Assembly: GCF_009834535.1 (NCBI RefSeq)
Contig: NC_045696.1
Location: forward strand, 107,758,001 to 107,822,000
Direction: 5' to 3'
Source of the DNA: Camelus ferus
Lineage: Eukaryota
DNA length: 64,000 nt
Made by a program: the position numbers and the translations under genes. This document shows positions 24,795 to 36,665 of the stretch, one piece after another. Below the pieces are notes generated by a model. The model searched no databases, was not told the DNA's origin, and saw nothing but the letters and a program-made list of their open reading frames with translations. Position 1 is the first letter of the stretch. Each line of letters opens with the position of its first letter.

Positions 24795-26507
24795 ACTGAG
24801 TTATACCCTCCCCCACCAGCATCATTTATTGAAGAGACTGTCTTTTCTCCATTGAGTGTTCTTGGTTCCCTTGTCAAATGTTAGTTGACCGTATATGTTT
24901 AGGTTTATTTCCTGGCTCTTTATTCAGTTCCATTGGTCTATTTGTCTGTTTTTATGACAGTACCATACTGTTTTGATGACCATAGTGATAGTGTACTAGC
25001 TTTGTAGTATAGCTTGAAATCAGGAAGTGTGATGCCTCCTGTTTTGTTCTTCCTTCTCAGGGTTTCTTTGGTTCCTGGGGGTTTTCCATGGTTCAAAGGT
25101 CATTTTTTAAACCCTTATTTTCTAGGAGGGTCTACTTAGATATCTTAACAGTTCCTACGTCATCCAAGAGATACACCCTTTTGGAAACCATGTCTGCAAT
25201 CCCTTTCTCTGTCCCTAAGCAGCTCCCTCTCTCCTTTCACATAGCAGCAGTTCCAAACCCTTCATCACTCAGTTGATGAACTTTCCCCACTACCATTCCT
25301 AATAGTAAAATTTTGAAAAGTCAAATTTAGGACTGAGGCTCTTTTAGTTCCAACTGCTTGACTCAACCTGCTTGACCAGAGACTATTTCAGTCATGTGCT
25401 GAATCCTGAGAGTAAGTTGATGGCCCTGAGGCTAGCAACCTTCAGGTAGTACCATAGGCTATAAGGAACAGGTGGGAGCTGTAAAGAGATGTAAATTATC
25501 CCAAGGCAGATAGGGATCTTAGATAATGGCCAAACAGACAGCCCCCAGGGACAAATAGGCTGTGTTCCAAAAATTCAGTTTTAAACTGACTGTTTGGAAT
25601 GCAGAACACATTTTCCCTTAGAAACAATGCTATGAATAATAGCAGTTATTTTCCTAGGAAAGTCTACACAAGCTTGTTTAACCCATACTGTAACAGAAAT
25701 ATCTACTGAGATATTTTAGATTTGCATCAAGTGCATCCCCAAATTCTTACCACTCTGAATTATAAATTAGCTATGTACAGAGCTGCCACCCCAACTAGAC
25801 TGTGAACTCTTTGAGGGCTGGAAACTGTTGAATTATTCATTTTTGTATTCTGAATGCCTGGCATATAACTGGCAATAAATGTTGATTGCATAAATGAATG
25901 GGCAAATTTAATAGCCATTTGAATAGTTTTGAAAGTGTCTTAAGGAATAAAAACAGTAACATTTAGTGGGTACTTTAATATGTGTCTGGCACTGTGCTAG
26001 GCAGATGACCAGTAAAGCAGCTGCTTCGTTTAGGCTAGAGTTAGGGATGAAGAAGCTGAAGGCAATCTTAGTATTTGAGACATTAAATAAATAGGTGCTA
26101 GATTTGCTAAATAAATGTTTTTGGACGAAGTGACTGGATATATTTACTGATTTTTTAAAATGTGATTGAAAAAATATCAACAGGAATCAATATGCAAAAG
26201 GATATGGTTCTTTTGAGGGGCTCCTTTGGAGAAGGAGAGAGGTATGACTAAAGGTAAAAAGCAGAGGATGGAAGATGAAATTTGGTAACAGTCAGGAAAG
26301 AACAGGATTGGTTTGGATTAGGCCCTGGTTTAATTTCATCTGGTTTACTGTTCCCAGTAAAGTAGTCTTTGCTTTGTCCAGCCTCCAAAGACTTGTTGAG
26401 TTTAAATTAAGCTATTAAAATCACCCTCCATAGATTGACATTAATTAGATTGTTTTCTTTCCACAGTGACAGTATGTTAAGCACTTGTTAAAATTTGGTA
26501 GGGATGA

Positions 26508-26870
26508 TGTCTTACTGAGCTTGGCATGCTATAACACAATACCACACACTGAAACTGAGCAGCTTAAACAACAGATATTGATTTCTATAGTTCCAGAGTC
26601 TGTAAGTGTGAAATCAGGGTGTGAGCATGGTTGCCTTCTGAGGACCCTCTTCTGGGTTGAAGATAGCTGACTTCTTGTATCCTCACATGGCAGAGAGAAT
26701 GAGAGCTCTCTGGGGCCCTTTTTATAAGGGCACTAATTCCATTCATGAGGGCTCCACCCTCATGACCTAATTATCTCCCAAAGGCTCCACCTTCTAATGT
26801 TATCACATTGAGGGTAAGATTTCTACATACGAATTTAGGGGGGGAGCGTGGACACAGACAGTCCGTAACA
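26508..26870. mobile_element. MaLR solo LTR (MLT1A/MST-like)
   Basis: TGTCTTA...GTAACA termini, aagggcactaattccattcatgagggctccaccctcatgacctaat signature, flanks gatga/gatgg. Confidence 0.85.
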
Positions 26871-27724
26871 GATGGAAACAATGGTGAAGGCTCTAGGGTG
26901 GAGATACTAGGCAGTCAAGGAGAAGGCAACCTGGGAAGGTGGGAGAGGGAACATTATCTCTAGATAGATTTTTGTGGAGGAAGAAGAAGGAGGGGGCAGA
27001 GGAAGGAGGGTAAAAGATGAGGAGAAAGGAGGGCAAATGACTATTTTACAATTTTGTAAAAAGCCTCACCCCTCAGAAAAATCCCTCTGACTTACTGCTA
27101 GCCTGATCTTTGTTCTTTGGAAGTATAACTACGACTACTTCTGCATATATTTTATTGTCCCCAAAGTGCTATAGTACAATCAATAGATACTTGTTGATTG
27201 ATTATTCTGAGTGTTTCAAATCAAAGTACACTTCTGGTTTTATTAAGGATCTTAGAATTGACATTGATCAAGTTGAAGTAAGAATAGTCTTTAAATCTGT
27301 AAGACGTTTTATGTCTTTCCCCAAGGAAAAGCAAACATTTGACCATGCCTATTATTCACTACACACTGAACTGGGGTGTTTACTTACGTTATCGCATCTC
27401 TAGTAATTCGTCATTATTTTAACAATTACTGAGTACCCATTATATGTCAGATCCTATGCTAGGTAATGATCATAAAAGACAAAGAGGGAGAAACTCTGAC
27501 CTTCTAGCAGTTACACTACAATGGGGAGAAGACAGGGCTAAACCAACAACTGCCCCCTAGTATGATAAATGCAATGAAAGAGGTAAGCACTGGGAAATCT
27601 TGGAAGACAGAAAAGGGGAGCTTTAATTCAAAATGGGTAGGAAATACAGATAACAAGAAGGAAACTAGTATTTGTTGTTTGTCTGAAACAAAAATTTAAC
27701 TGGGTGTCAAGAGGAGCCTAAGGA

Positions 27725-27985
27725 GCCGTGACTAAATGTGATGTGTATCCTGGATGGGATTCTGGGTCAGAAAACAGACATTAGGGAAAAATTAAAGAAA
27801 TATGAATAAAGTATGGATTTCAGTTAATAATATTTGTTCCCTAATTGTGACAAATGTTCCATACTAACATAAGATGTTAATAATAGGGGAAATAGGGTGT
27901 GGAATATATGAGGACCATCTGTACTATCTGTACAATAATTCAGTAAATTCAAAACTGTTCTAAAATTAAAAGTTTATTAAAAATT
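27725..27985 (+). mobile_element. Old LINE-1 3' UTR fragment (L1MC/ME-like)
   Basis: tcctggatgggattctgg...aagatgttaataataggggaaa...ctgtactatct signature. Confidence 0.65.
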
Positions 27986-28309
27986 TTAAACTGCCACCCT
28001 GTATTTTTGTTAGATCTGGTGACCCTAACACTTTTACTTCCAAATAATAATTAAACATAAAGTATGAAAAAATTACTTTAAGTTGATAGTTTAAGGAATT
28101 TGAGTTATATATGATTTCTCCTAAATATTTGATTCAAGCACTTTATTTTCTATAAACAGTTCATTTGTTTTCTTTTTAGGTAAGGCTCAAACAACCAAAC
28201 AGTTATTAGACAGGGAATATACTTCAATGTGGAGATGTTTTGTCTCTAAGTGCCATAATCCATCACTAGTTGCAGCTAATTTTGGAAGTTAAAAAAGAAC
28301 TGGTTTAAG

Positions 28310-28345
28310 TGTCTCTGCCTCTCTGTCTTTCTCTGTTTCTGTCTC

Positions 28346-28385
<40 letters not shown>
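28310..28385 (+). repeat. (CT)-rich + (CA)n microsatellite
   Basis: Directly visible. Confidence 0.95.
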
Positions 28386-28388
<3 letters not shown>

Positions 28389-29359
28389 TAATCTTAATTT
28401 GATGTGCACATCTCACGAGATTAAAAAAAACTCCATTTATGAGACAATCAGCAAGGTTAAGGCCCTGCAAGTAATCACTTGCCTAGAGTGACTGCTAATT
28501 TATACTGTCTGAATGGAAACAGTGCTGATTATTTCACTCTCCATGTTGCTCCTCTGGGGAAGAACAGCCAGCATGTTGCAGAACTCAAGAGTCTGGAGTA
28601 AAAATAGAACTGTATATTACAACAGTTTTATCTGAAGGTGAACTTAGAAAAGACCTCTTATTTAAAAAGAAAAAGGAAGATGAGGCTTTTAAAAAGGAAT
28701 GAATTTTACAGACTATTTGTCATTTTCTAGATACAAGATGACCAAATATATTTTGCACGCCTCTAATTTCTGTTTTTCAAAATTTAGGAAAATAGGTTCT
28801 TTTTGCTTAATACTTCCATACTGATACTGTGCTAGGCCTCGTAGAGAAAATAAACCTGTTCTCAAATAGTAATAGAGATTATATATCAGAGGTTATATGG
28901 GTTCCCTTGGTGCCGTAACTATTCATTTCTACTCTAAGTGGCAAGTCTCTAAAACTAACAGGTATTTGTGCCACAAAAGATTCGTATACGTCATAAATCT
29001 CACTTTGCAACCGTGGAGTATTCACTATATGCAAAAAGTTATTCTGAATAGCTTTGGTGTATCGAGAGATAATGGTTCCTGCGTTGTGTTTCTATTTTTA
29101 AACAAGGTTTTGTTCTTTTGGAGGGGAGGGGAATCAGATGTTAAGTTAGGCTTTTGTTTATTTATATCTCAGTGTCCTTGGTCTCCCGCAAAAAAACAAA
29201 AGACCGAAACTTGTTTAAAAGAAAACCAGATAAAACTTTCAAGAATTTGGGTTCTAAGGCAGGACCACGGACTCTTCAAGAGATCTGTTCATACAGAGGG
29301 GCTCGGTCTGTTAAAGGAGCTGTAAAAGGGGTTCGTTTTGATTTTAAACAGGATTCTGT

Positions 29360-31680
29360 TCTCGTACGAGCGTTCGGTGCGGTCCTGCTCGGCGCCCCTG
29401 GAAGGCCGGGCTGCCCGCGTCCGTCTCACTGCAAGGACCAGAGGCCGCGGGAAGAGCCCGGCTCTGACCCGCAGGAGAGGGGAGGTGGGTCGGCGCACCA
29501 CCACTTCCGAGGGCCTGCCCGGGCCTTAAAGGCTCAGGCTGCCGTCGATGCAAGCCATGGCCTCAACCCAGCCATCGCCGCCCGGACGCCGCTGGGCGCG
29601 CAGCCACGTCGACCGTCGCCCCCCTCCGCGGCTGGGCCAGTGCTAGCGAGCCGCGGGAGCGCCCTTTCCGAGGTCGGGAAGCGCGGTTCCAGGAGAAAGG
29701 CCGCGAGGGCGGGGCTTGGGGCTGTGCAGGGCTTTCTCCTCACACCGCGGTCAGCCGGGACGTGGAGAGGCCGCCTTGGGCCAGGGCAGAGCGCCACATC
29801 GCGCGACCCGGCCGGGCCTCAGCGTCCGCGGACACCGAGGAAGAGTGTAGTGCGAGAAGCCTACAGCCCACACTAGGGAAGGATGGGTCACCTAACGAGT
29901 GTCTCATCACAGCCCACACGCCTAAGAGGGAATTTGAGAGCGCGTGGGGGAGGGGCGGAGAGAGCAGGCGGCTCGCCGAGAGCATGCTCTGTTCTGAGAG
30001 CCGTAAGTGGAGAGCCAGGCATGCGCATTGAGCTCAGGGTGGGTTGGCAGCGGGGAGGGGCTGGCTTGAGAAGGCTGATGTGTTTATCCGGTTTTCTGGG
30101 TGGGCGGTCAAAGCGCACGCGTAAGGGCGAAAGGCGGCGGAGCTGGGTAGTGGATGCGCATGCGCCGAGTGAGCCGGTAGCTCTGAGGGTGTGGAGGGGG
30201 CTCTTAGAGGAGAAGCCGGGGAAAAGGGAAGCGAAGGGAAAGGAAAGGGCGGGGGGAGGGGTGAGAGTGTGCTCTGCGCATGCGTGCGAGCACTAGCGAC
30301 GACGGCGGCGGGGGAGTCTCGGGGATGACAGTGGCTTTGCCCGTTGGGGTAACGGTCGTCGTCGCCGGCAGGGCCTGAGGCGCCTCACAGCCCGCGGGAT
30401 CCATTAAGGCCGCAGCAGCCCGGGCCCCACGGAGCTAGAGTGGCGCGTGGAGTAGGGGTGAGGGCGGCGAGGCACGGGGGGAGGGGCCTGCGGCGGGGCC
30501 TTGCTGTGTGCGCTGGGCGGCGGCGGGGCCTGGCGGTGTGTGCGCTCGTCTCAGCCGCGGCCCGGCGGGCGCCGTAGGCGGCGGCGGCCGTGGTGCTTGG
30601 TGGAAGAGGCGTCGGTGTGTGCGGCGCGGAGAAGATGGCCGGGCAGTGAGGGGGCGGTGCTTGCGCCTGGTGACCTCGGAGTGAGCGACTGAGGAGCGAG
30701 GGGCGCCGCGGCGGCCCGGCCGGGCCTGCTCCCCGCCCCCTCCCGCCGCCGGCCCGCGCACTTCCTCCCGGACCCTCCCCTATCGGGCGGGGGCCTCTCC
30801 TGCCCGCTTCGCCACCTCAGGGAACAGCCGGGCTGTAACCGCCAGGGCGGAGAGCCAGGCGCGTCCGGGCCCCGCGTCCGATATGGAGAGAGCGGCGGCG
30901 GCCTCCGCCAGCCGCAGCAGCCACGTTCGCCGCCACCGCGGCTTGGTGCACTAGATCCAGGAAGCCGAAGCCGAAGCTGACGCCGACGCCCGCGCCGTCG
31001 TCCTTGCCTTCGCCGCTGCTTTCGCGCCGGGCGCTGTGATGGAGTGAGGGCCCTGCAGCCCGTGAGAAGCGTGCCCGCCCCTCGGACCGGACCGGGCCGG
31101 GGCCTGCTCCCGCGCCCGCTCGGCTCGACCAGAGGAGGCGCCTCCGCGTTCAGAGATGCAGCTCGAGCGCAGGCCGCCCGCCGAGCCGCGGGGCTAGACT
31201 GAGCGCCGAGTCCCGGCCCGAGCGCTGAAGCCGCCGTGTTCTGCGTCCCGCAGTCGCCGGGGACAAAACTCGAACGCTGGTTTTTCTCTCTCCTTTCTTT
31301 TTTTGGTCTGCAAGTCTCAGGGACGGAGGAGGGGCGCCAGGGCCCCATGTGTGGGAGGATTGCTTCAGCTCCGCAAACTTGCACGGATTTTGGTTACTAC
31401 TTCGGCCAGTTGTTCTGCTCTGATTTCCTCCGAATTGTTGCAAATTCGCCATTGTTCCCTGGCTGCTTGCAAAGTTGGATCCGGAATTTCTTTTCAACCG
31501 GGAGCCAACGGTGTCGAAGTGTCTGCAATGAACCCCGTGAATGCTACTGCTCTCTACATTTCCGCGAGCCGCCTAGTGCTCAACTACGACCCCGGAGACC
31601 CCAAGGCGTTTACAGAGATTAACAGGCTCTTGCCTTACTTCCGACAGTCCCTCTCGTGCTGCGTTTGCGGTGAGACGCTT
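29360..31680 (+). promoter_or_regulatory. Large CpG island: MSL2 promoter, 5' leader and exon 1
   Basis: Very high GC/CpG; NRF1-like GCATGCGCA/TGCGCATGCG at 30019, 30155, 30275; GC boxes; YY1-like AAGATGGC 30632-30639. Confidence 0.92.
31528..31669 (+). CDS. MSL2: MSL complex subunit 2 (E3 ubiquitin ligase), coding exon 1
   Basis: MNPVNATALYISASRLVLNYDPGDPKAFTEINRLLPYFRQSLSCCVC; 142 nt ending at phase-1 donor G|GTGAGA. Confidence 0.96.
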
Positions 31681-34600
31681 TTTATTGTTCCCTTTTCAGT
31701 ACTTGTTTAAAAAAAGCCTCTGAGCAATGGTAACAGGAACGATTTGACTGCAGGGAGTTTGTATTGAGCTTTTGTTATTTGTGTGGTAGTATACATTTGT
31801 TTTCAAACTCGCCAAAGGACTTTTGCCCGGCGTTTTAGGAAGACAGAACCCTTCCAAACTTGCTCTCTTGTACAGCGGCCTCAATGTTTAAAACGGTTAT
31901 TTAGCCTTGCGTCAGTTCTTTACCGGTTCAGGTGTTGGTTTTTTAAAATGAGGTGTAATATGCATGAATATTGCTGCTTTTTTTTTTTTCATTTTAAAAA
32001 CTTTCGATGCAGGGGCTGACTTAATACCGACCTTGGTTAAACGTGGTTAAACCTGGTTAAAACATGTACATGTGGCGTGTTTGCATTTCCCTAAACCTGC
32101 TGTGTGGGTAAGAGGTATAATCTGATGCACCCACAGCCGGTGAACTCGGTGCAGAACTTTTCCCCCCGGCTTCTTCACATGCTTTGACAGTTTGACCGTA
32201 AACGCTGAGCCTGGAAAGACTGATGGTATTAAGTGCTTTTTAGTTGGTAGGATTTTTACAGGATAACATTTCTTTGTGGTTTTACTATGTGGCGGCCTGG
32301 TAGAGGGTTATTTTAGATGTTTTTGTTCAAAAAACATTATTTTGTGCTAGGCAGGATACTTTCAAGTTATTTTTGAGCGATGAAGATGTGACTTGCCTGA
32401 TTAATCAAAGTGTCTCAAAAAGGATAACTTTCGATAATTGCCACAGTGATTAACTGCATGTATAATTATTTTTTCAAAAAACAGACTGAAAACTTTAAGG
32501 GAAAGAGCAACTGGCAAAAAACGAAGCAGTAATAATCCACTTCATATTCTTATTTCAACAAAAATTTTGGTTTTGTTGATCCGCTAATTGGTCTAACCTT
32601 GAGAAATTGCATTTCAGGCTTTCACTTTATTTTAAACGAGAGAAATTTTGAGACTGTAGTGGCTGAAGGGAGAAACAATATTCTTTTGCATTTTCTGTAT
32701 AGCTGGGGGCAAAGCATTGAGGGGGTGTGGAAGAGGTGAAGAGCCTGTTTTTTTGTTTTTTTTTTTTTTTCTTTGCACACCAGGTACTTAATTTCATTTA
32801 AATAACTTACAATGTGATTAAGTGCTACTGTGACTGATAACGGACACTTAACACCTTTATAGAGAAGCAGTTGCCCTGGGTAAATCACTTAAATGCCCTG
32901 GGCCTCAGTTTCCTAATGTGTAAAATGAGAGCTTTGGGCTAGATTCAAAGTTTTCCTTTCTTTTTAAATTTACAAATTTAAATGTAAGAATTTGCTTAGT
33001 TTCAGTGTACTCTCCCCCCACCAACACCCCCCCCCCCCCGCCTTTATGGAGTACTTTTTTTGATGTCTTCGTTGCTTTTGATAGTTTGTAGAACTAGGTA
33101 GAGCTGCTGTAACTTACTTCTACACTAACCTTTCTTTGAGGAGGGTTGTGGGAATTGCTACTGTAGTGATGTAGGAGAAAGAGGGCATTGGCCAGTAGAT
33201 CCTGGCCTGCTAGAATTGCAGTAGAGAGTGATGTCATTATCCAAGTAACACTTGAAGATCTGGTAGGTCTCCTTTTTACTAGGTGGATGGGACTTCGCTC
33301 TCTAAAGAGGAAATGGTAGTTTTGAATAGTGTAGGTGCTTGGAATTGAAGTTCTTATCAGTAGCTTCAAGACAGTTGTGGTCTAATTGAACATTTTCCCA
33401 GATTCTAACCTGCATTTTAAAAAAATAGTATTAAAGATAAAGCTAGAAAGTTAGAAAACCCAACTGTAGCATTAAAAAAAAATTCAGACAACACAAGTAA
33501 TTTTTCTGACGTTAGGGCTTTGTAATTATCTTTTCTTGTTCAAGCTTCCTTCTCCCACCATCCTTTGAAAAGAATTGTGGATTCTACTTCTCCCTTAAAA
33601 TTGAGTAGCTGGCAAAAAATTTCAGCAGTATGGATGTAAGTCCAGTTTTTTCCCCTCATCTCATTTGGACATAAGCCTGGTTTTCAAGAGATGGAAAAAA
33701 AAATCAGTTACTTGAGTACAGATACAGCATTTTTTATCTTTATATCAGATGGTGTCCTAGACTTTTTTTCTTAGTTTAAAAGCACAAACTCATTCAAATC
33801 AATAGATCATATATGTAATCTTATTTTATGAGGATAATAAATATGTCACTGTAATTCTGTCTTAGTGCTGTAAGTAGGGAGTTTGTTTCAACAGGTTGTC
33901 CAGTGTCTGACCCAGTCCTACCTTTTCAGCTTTGTATGCAACTGCCCTCTTAAATAATTTCTCAGCTTCAGTCAGTTTGATGTTTTTGTCTTTTCCAAAC
34001 ATACATGCCTTTTGTCTTCCTCCTCTTTTCCTCTGCCTTTGCTCTCTGAAGTTCCTTCTACCTAAAGTATATTTCTTTTCTGTATAGTCTAACTCATCAA
34101 CTCCCTCCTCCTTCAGAGAATTCTGTCATAGGAGCTTATAACTTCAGTGCACTTTTTATATCAAATTCTGATATCTTAGGGAAGATACTATTTTTTTTGT
34201 ACATTTTTGTGTTCTTCTACCTCATCCTCTCCTGTCCAGTGACTTGCATGTGTTTATGACGAACTCAGGAAGAAAGTGAGAGGAGGTGGGAGGGAAGTAA
34301 AAGGTCTATAAATTTTACAGTTGGGTACAAATGTTGACTCTTCTCCTTACTGTCTAGGCAAGTTGCTCTAACTTTTTGCCACAACTTCATTTACATAAGG
34401 GGATGATTCCACCTTCTTTAAGTTTATTTGTGTTATTTGTGAGTTTAAGTGTGAAAAAACCTTTTGAACAAGTCTATGGGCTTGGTGTCTGGCACATACT
34501 AAGTGCTTAATATCCCACCCTTGACAGACATAGGGAAAGGTAGGGGGAGGGGAGAGAAGAGATTGAATTGTCAGGTCAGAGATCGTCAAACCTAGATTAT

Positions 34601-35834
34601 TCACTGGAACTACAGGTTTTGTTATAATTGTTCTTTGAAATGTTAATTAGCTGATTATTACTGTTTGTTTTTCAATTGCTTTGTATTCTTAAACTTTCTG
34701 AAGTTTCTAGTGAATAGGATAGCAATGCTCCACAGAGTTATTGTACTTTCTAGGCCACGGCAACAGTGACTAAGATAGTATTACTCTGGGTACTATTTTT
34801 GTGTCAGTTCTTTCCCCTTGTTTTCAATGTTGGGCTTGCTTTATCATTTATTAGAGAGTATGTAGAATAAATTTTCTTTTGATGGCATGAGACTTGATAA
34901 ATTCTGCCCTCAGGATTGTAGGTTTTTCATTAATTAAACTTGTTAAGTCCTCAAAGGATATAACAAGTTTGAGCTATAGAATCAAATCCTGTTAGAACTG
35001 GAAGGACATGTTAAGTGGGAAAATATTACTCTCTGAGGTATTTGGAATCCTGTAAATTAACCATGGTCAAATCTCTACTCAGGAACATGAATATTTTCCT
35101 GGTGTTTTAGATTCTAGAAACAAAGTGGTTTAGGCTTTTACTGAATAGTTGTGGACCATTTGGATATCCAGTTTCTTATTTATAAAATGGGAAAGGGCTG
35201 GAGACTAGTGTTTCCCACTGATTTAGGCTGACCATTTTTGTTTTGAATGTTAAGGATTTAAAAAACCAAACCCTATTATCTTTTCTTACTCCTATCTTCC
35301 ACTGCAAGTTAGGTGGTTCCTTGAGGGCTAGAGTCTTGCTTATCTTGTTCACCATTGTAGCCCTGCACCGGACAAGTATTGTTGAATGGATGAAATTACC
35401 ATTAAAAGAGAAAGTTTCAAAGTAGAAAGATGATGTTCTCAGAATGAAGTATATGCCTTAAAATTAAATAGATGTAGCTTTATGAAAGACTACCTTCATT
35501 TTTCTTATTTTTCTCATTTGGGCATTGTTTGTGGACCCACATTGGAATTAGTGGAGTAGATGATCTCAAGAATCTCTTCCAGTTCTGGAATTCTCATTCT
35601 TTTAGCAGAAATACTTTGTTTTTGACTGAGCAAACAACTTACAAATAGCAAGAATCTTCTAAGATGAAATTTGAACATACAGCCTGGAGTAATTTACTTT
35701 AAACAACATATCTTTTAGATAGAGGGTAAATTAAAAGGCCATTTGAAAATTGTACATGTATTATATTAATGCTTCATATTTATATTTTTCTCAAGTATGA
35801 GTTCATTTGATACTTAAGATTTTACTTTTCTTGT

Positions 35835-36665
35835 ACTTAATTAATTTCACTGTAGAAAGCACACAATGTCAAGTTTACCATCTTAACAATTTTAAGTGTA
35901 AATTTCAGTAATGTTAAGTATATTTACATTGTTTTGAAAGAGGTTTCCAGAACTTTTTCATCTGGCATATCTGAAACTATACCCAACAACCATCTACCCT
36001 TTTCCTCCTTCTCTCCAGCCCCCTTGTAACCACCATTCTACTTTCTGTCTCTACGAATTTGATTACTGTAGGTACCTAATATAAGTGGAATTGTACAGTA
36101 CTTGTCTTTTTGTTGACTGGCTTATTTCACTTAGCATAATGTCTTGATGGTTCATCCATGCTGTAGCATGAGACAGGATTTATTTCCTATTTAAGGCTGA
36201 GTAATATTCTCTTGTGTGTGTATACCATGCTTAGTTTATCCATTCATCCAGCGTTGGACATTTGAGTTGCTCTCACCTCTTGGATGTTGTGAGTAGTGAA
36301 TAGAACATGGGTGTGTAAACAACGCTTTCAGTTGTTTTGGATATACACCTAGAGGTAGGATTACTGGATGGTGTGATATTTCTATTTTTAATTTTTTGAG
36401 GAACTTCATACAGTTTTCCATAGCAGTTGCACCATTTTACAATCCCACCAGCAGAACAAGGGTTCCAGTCAGTTTCTCCATATCTCTGCCAACATCGTGT
36501 TTCCTGGGGTTTTTTTTTTTTTTTTTTTTTGATAGTAGCCATTCTAGTGGGTGGGTGGTGATATCTCATGGTTGTTTTGATTTCTATTTTTTTTTAATGA
36601 TTAGTGATGTTGGTGATCTTTGCATATGCTTACTGGCTATTGTATATCATCTTTGGAGAAGCACT
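35835..36665 (-). mobile_element. LINE-1 3' part (L1MB-like) in MSL2 intron
   Basis: ORF2p-like FLKKLKIEISHHPVILPLGVYPK and MRYHHPPTRMATIKK. Confidence 0.85.

Larger units (their letters stand above)
21955..25085 (-). mobile_element. Host LINE-1 (ORF2 3' part + 3' UTR) carrying nested L1, LTR, microsatellite and SINE
   Basis: Minus-strand ORF2p fragments (KQPKCPSMD; L1-like 24110-24316); continuity across inserts. Confidence 0.85.

Noticed and set aside
29154..29876. 240-aa plus-strand ORF
   Set aside because: Non-ATG start, Arg/Pro/Gly/Ala-rich, explained by stop-codon scarcity in a CpG island
30551..31384. 277-aa minus-strand ORF antisense to MSL2 leader
   Set aside because: Low-complexity GC-driven ORF with no recognisable domain
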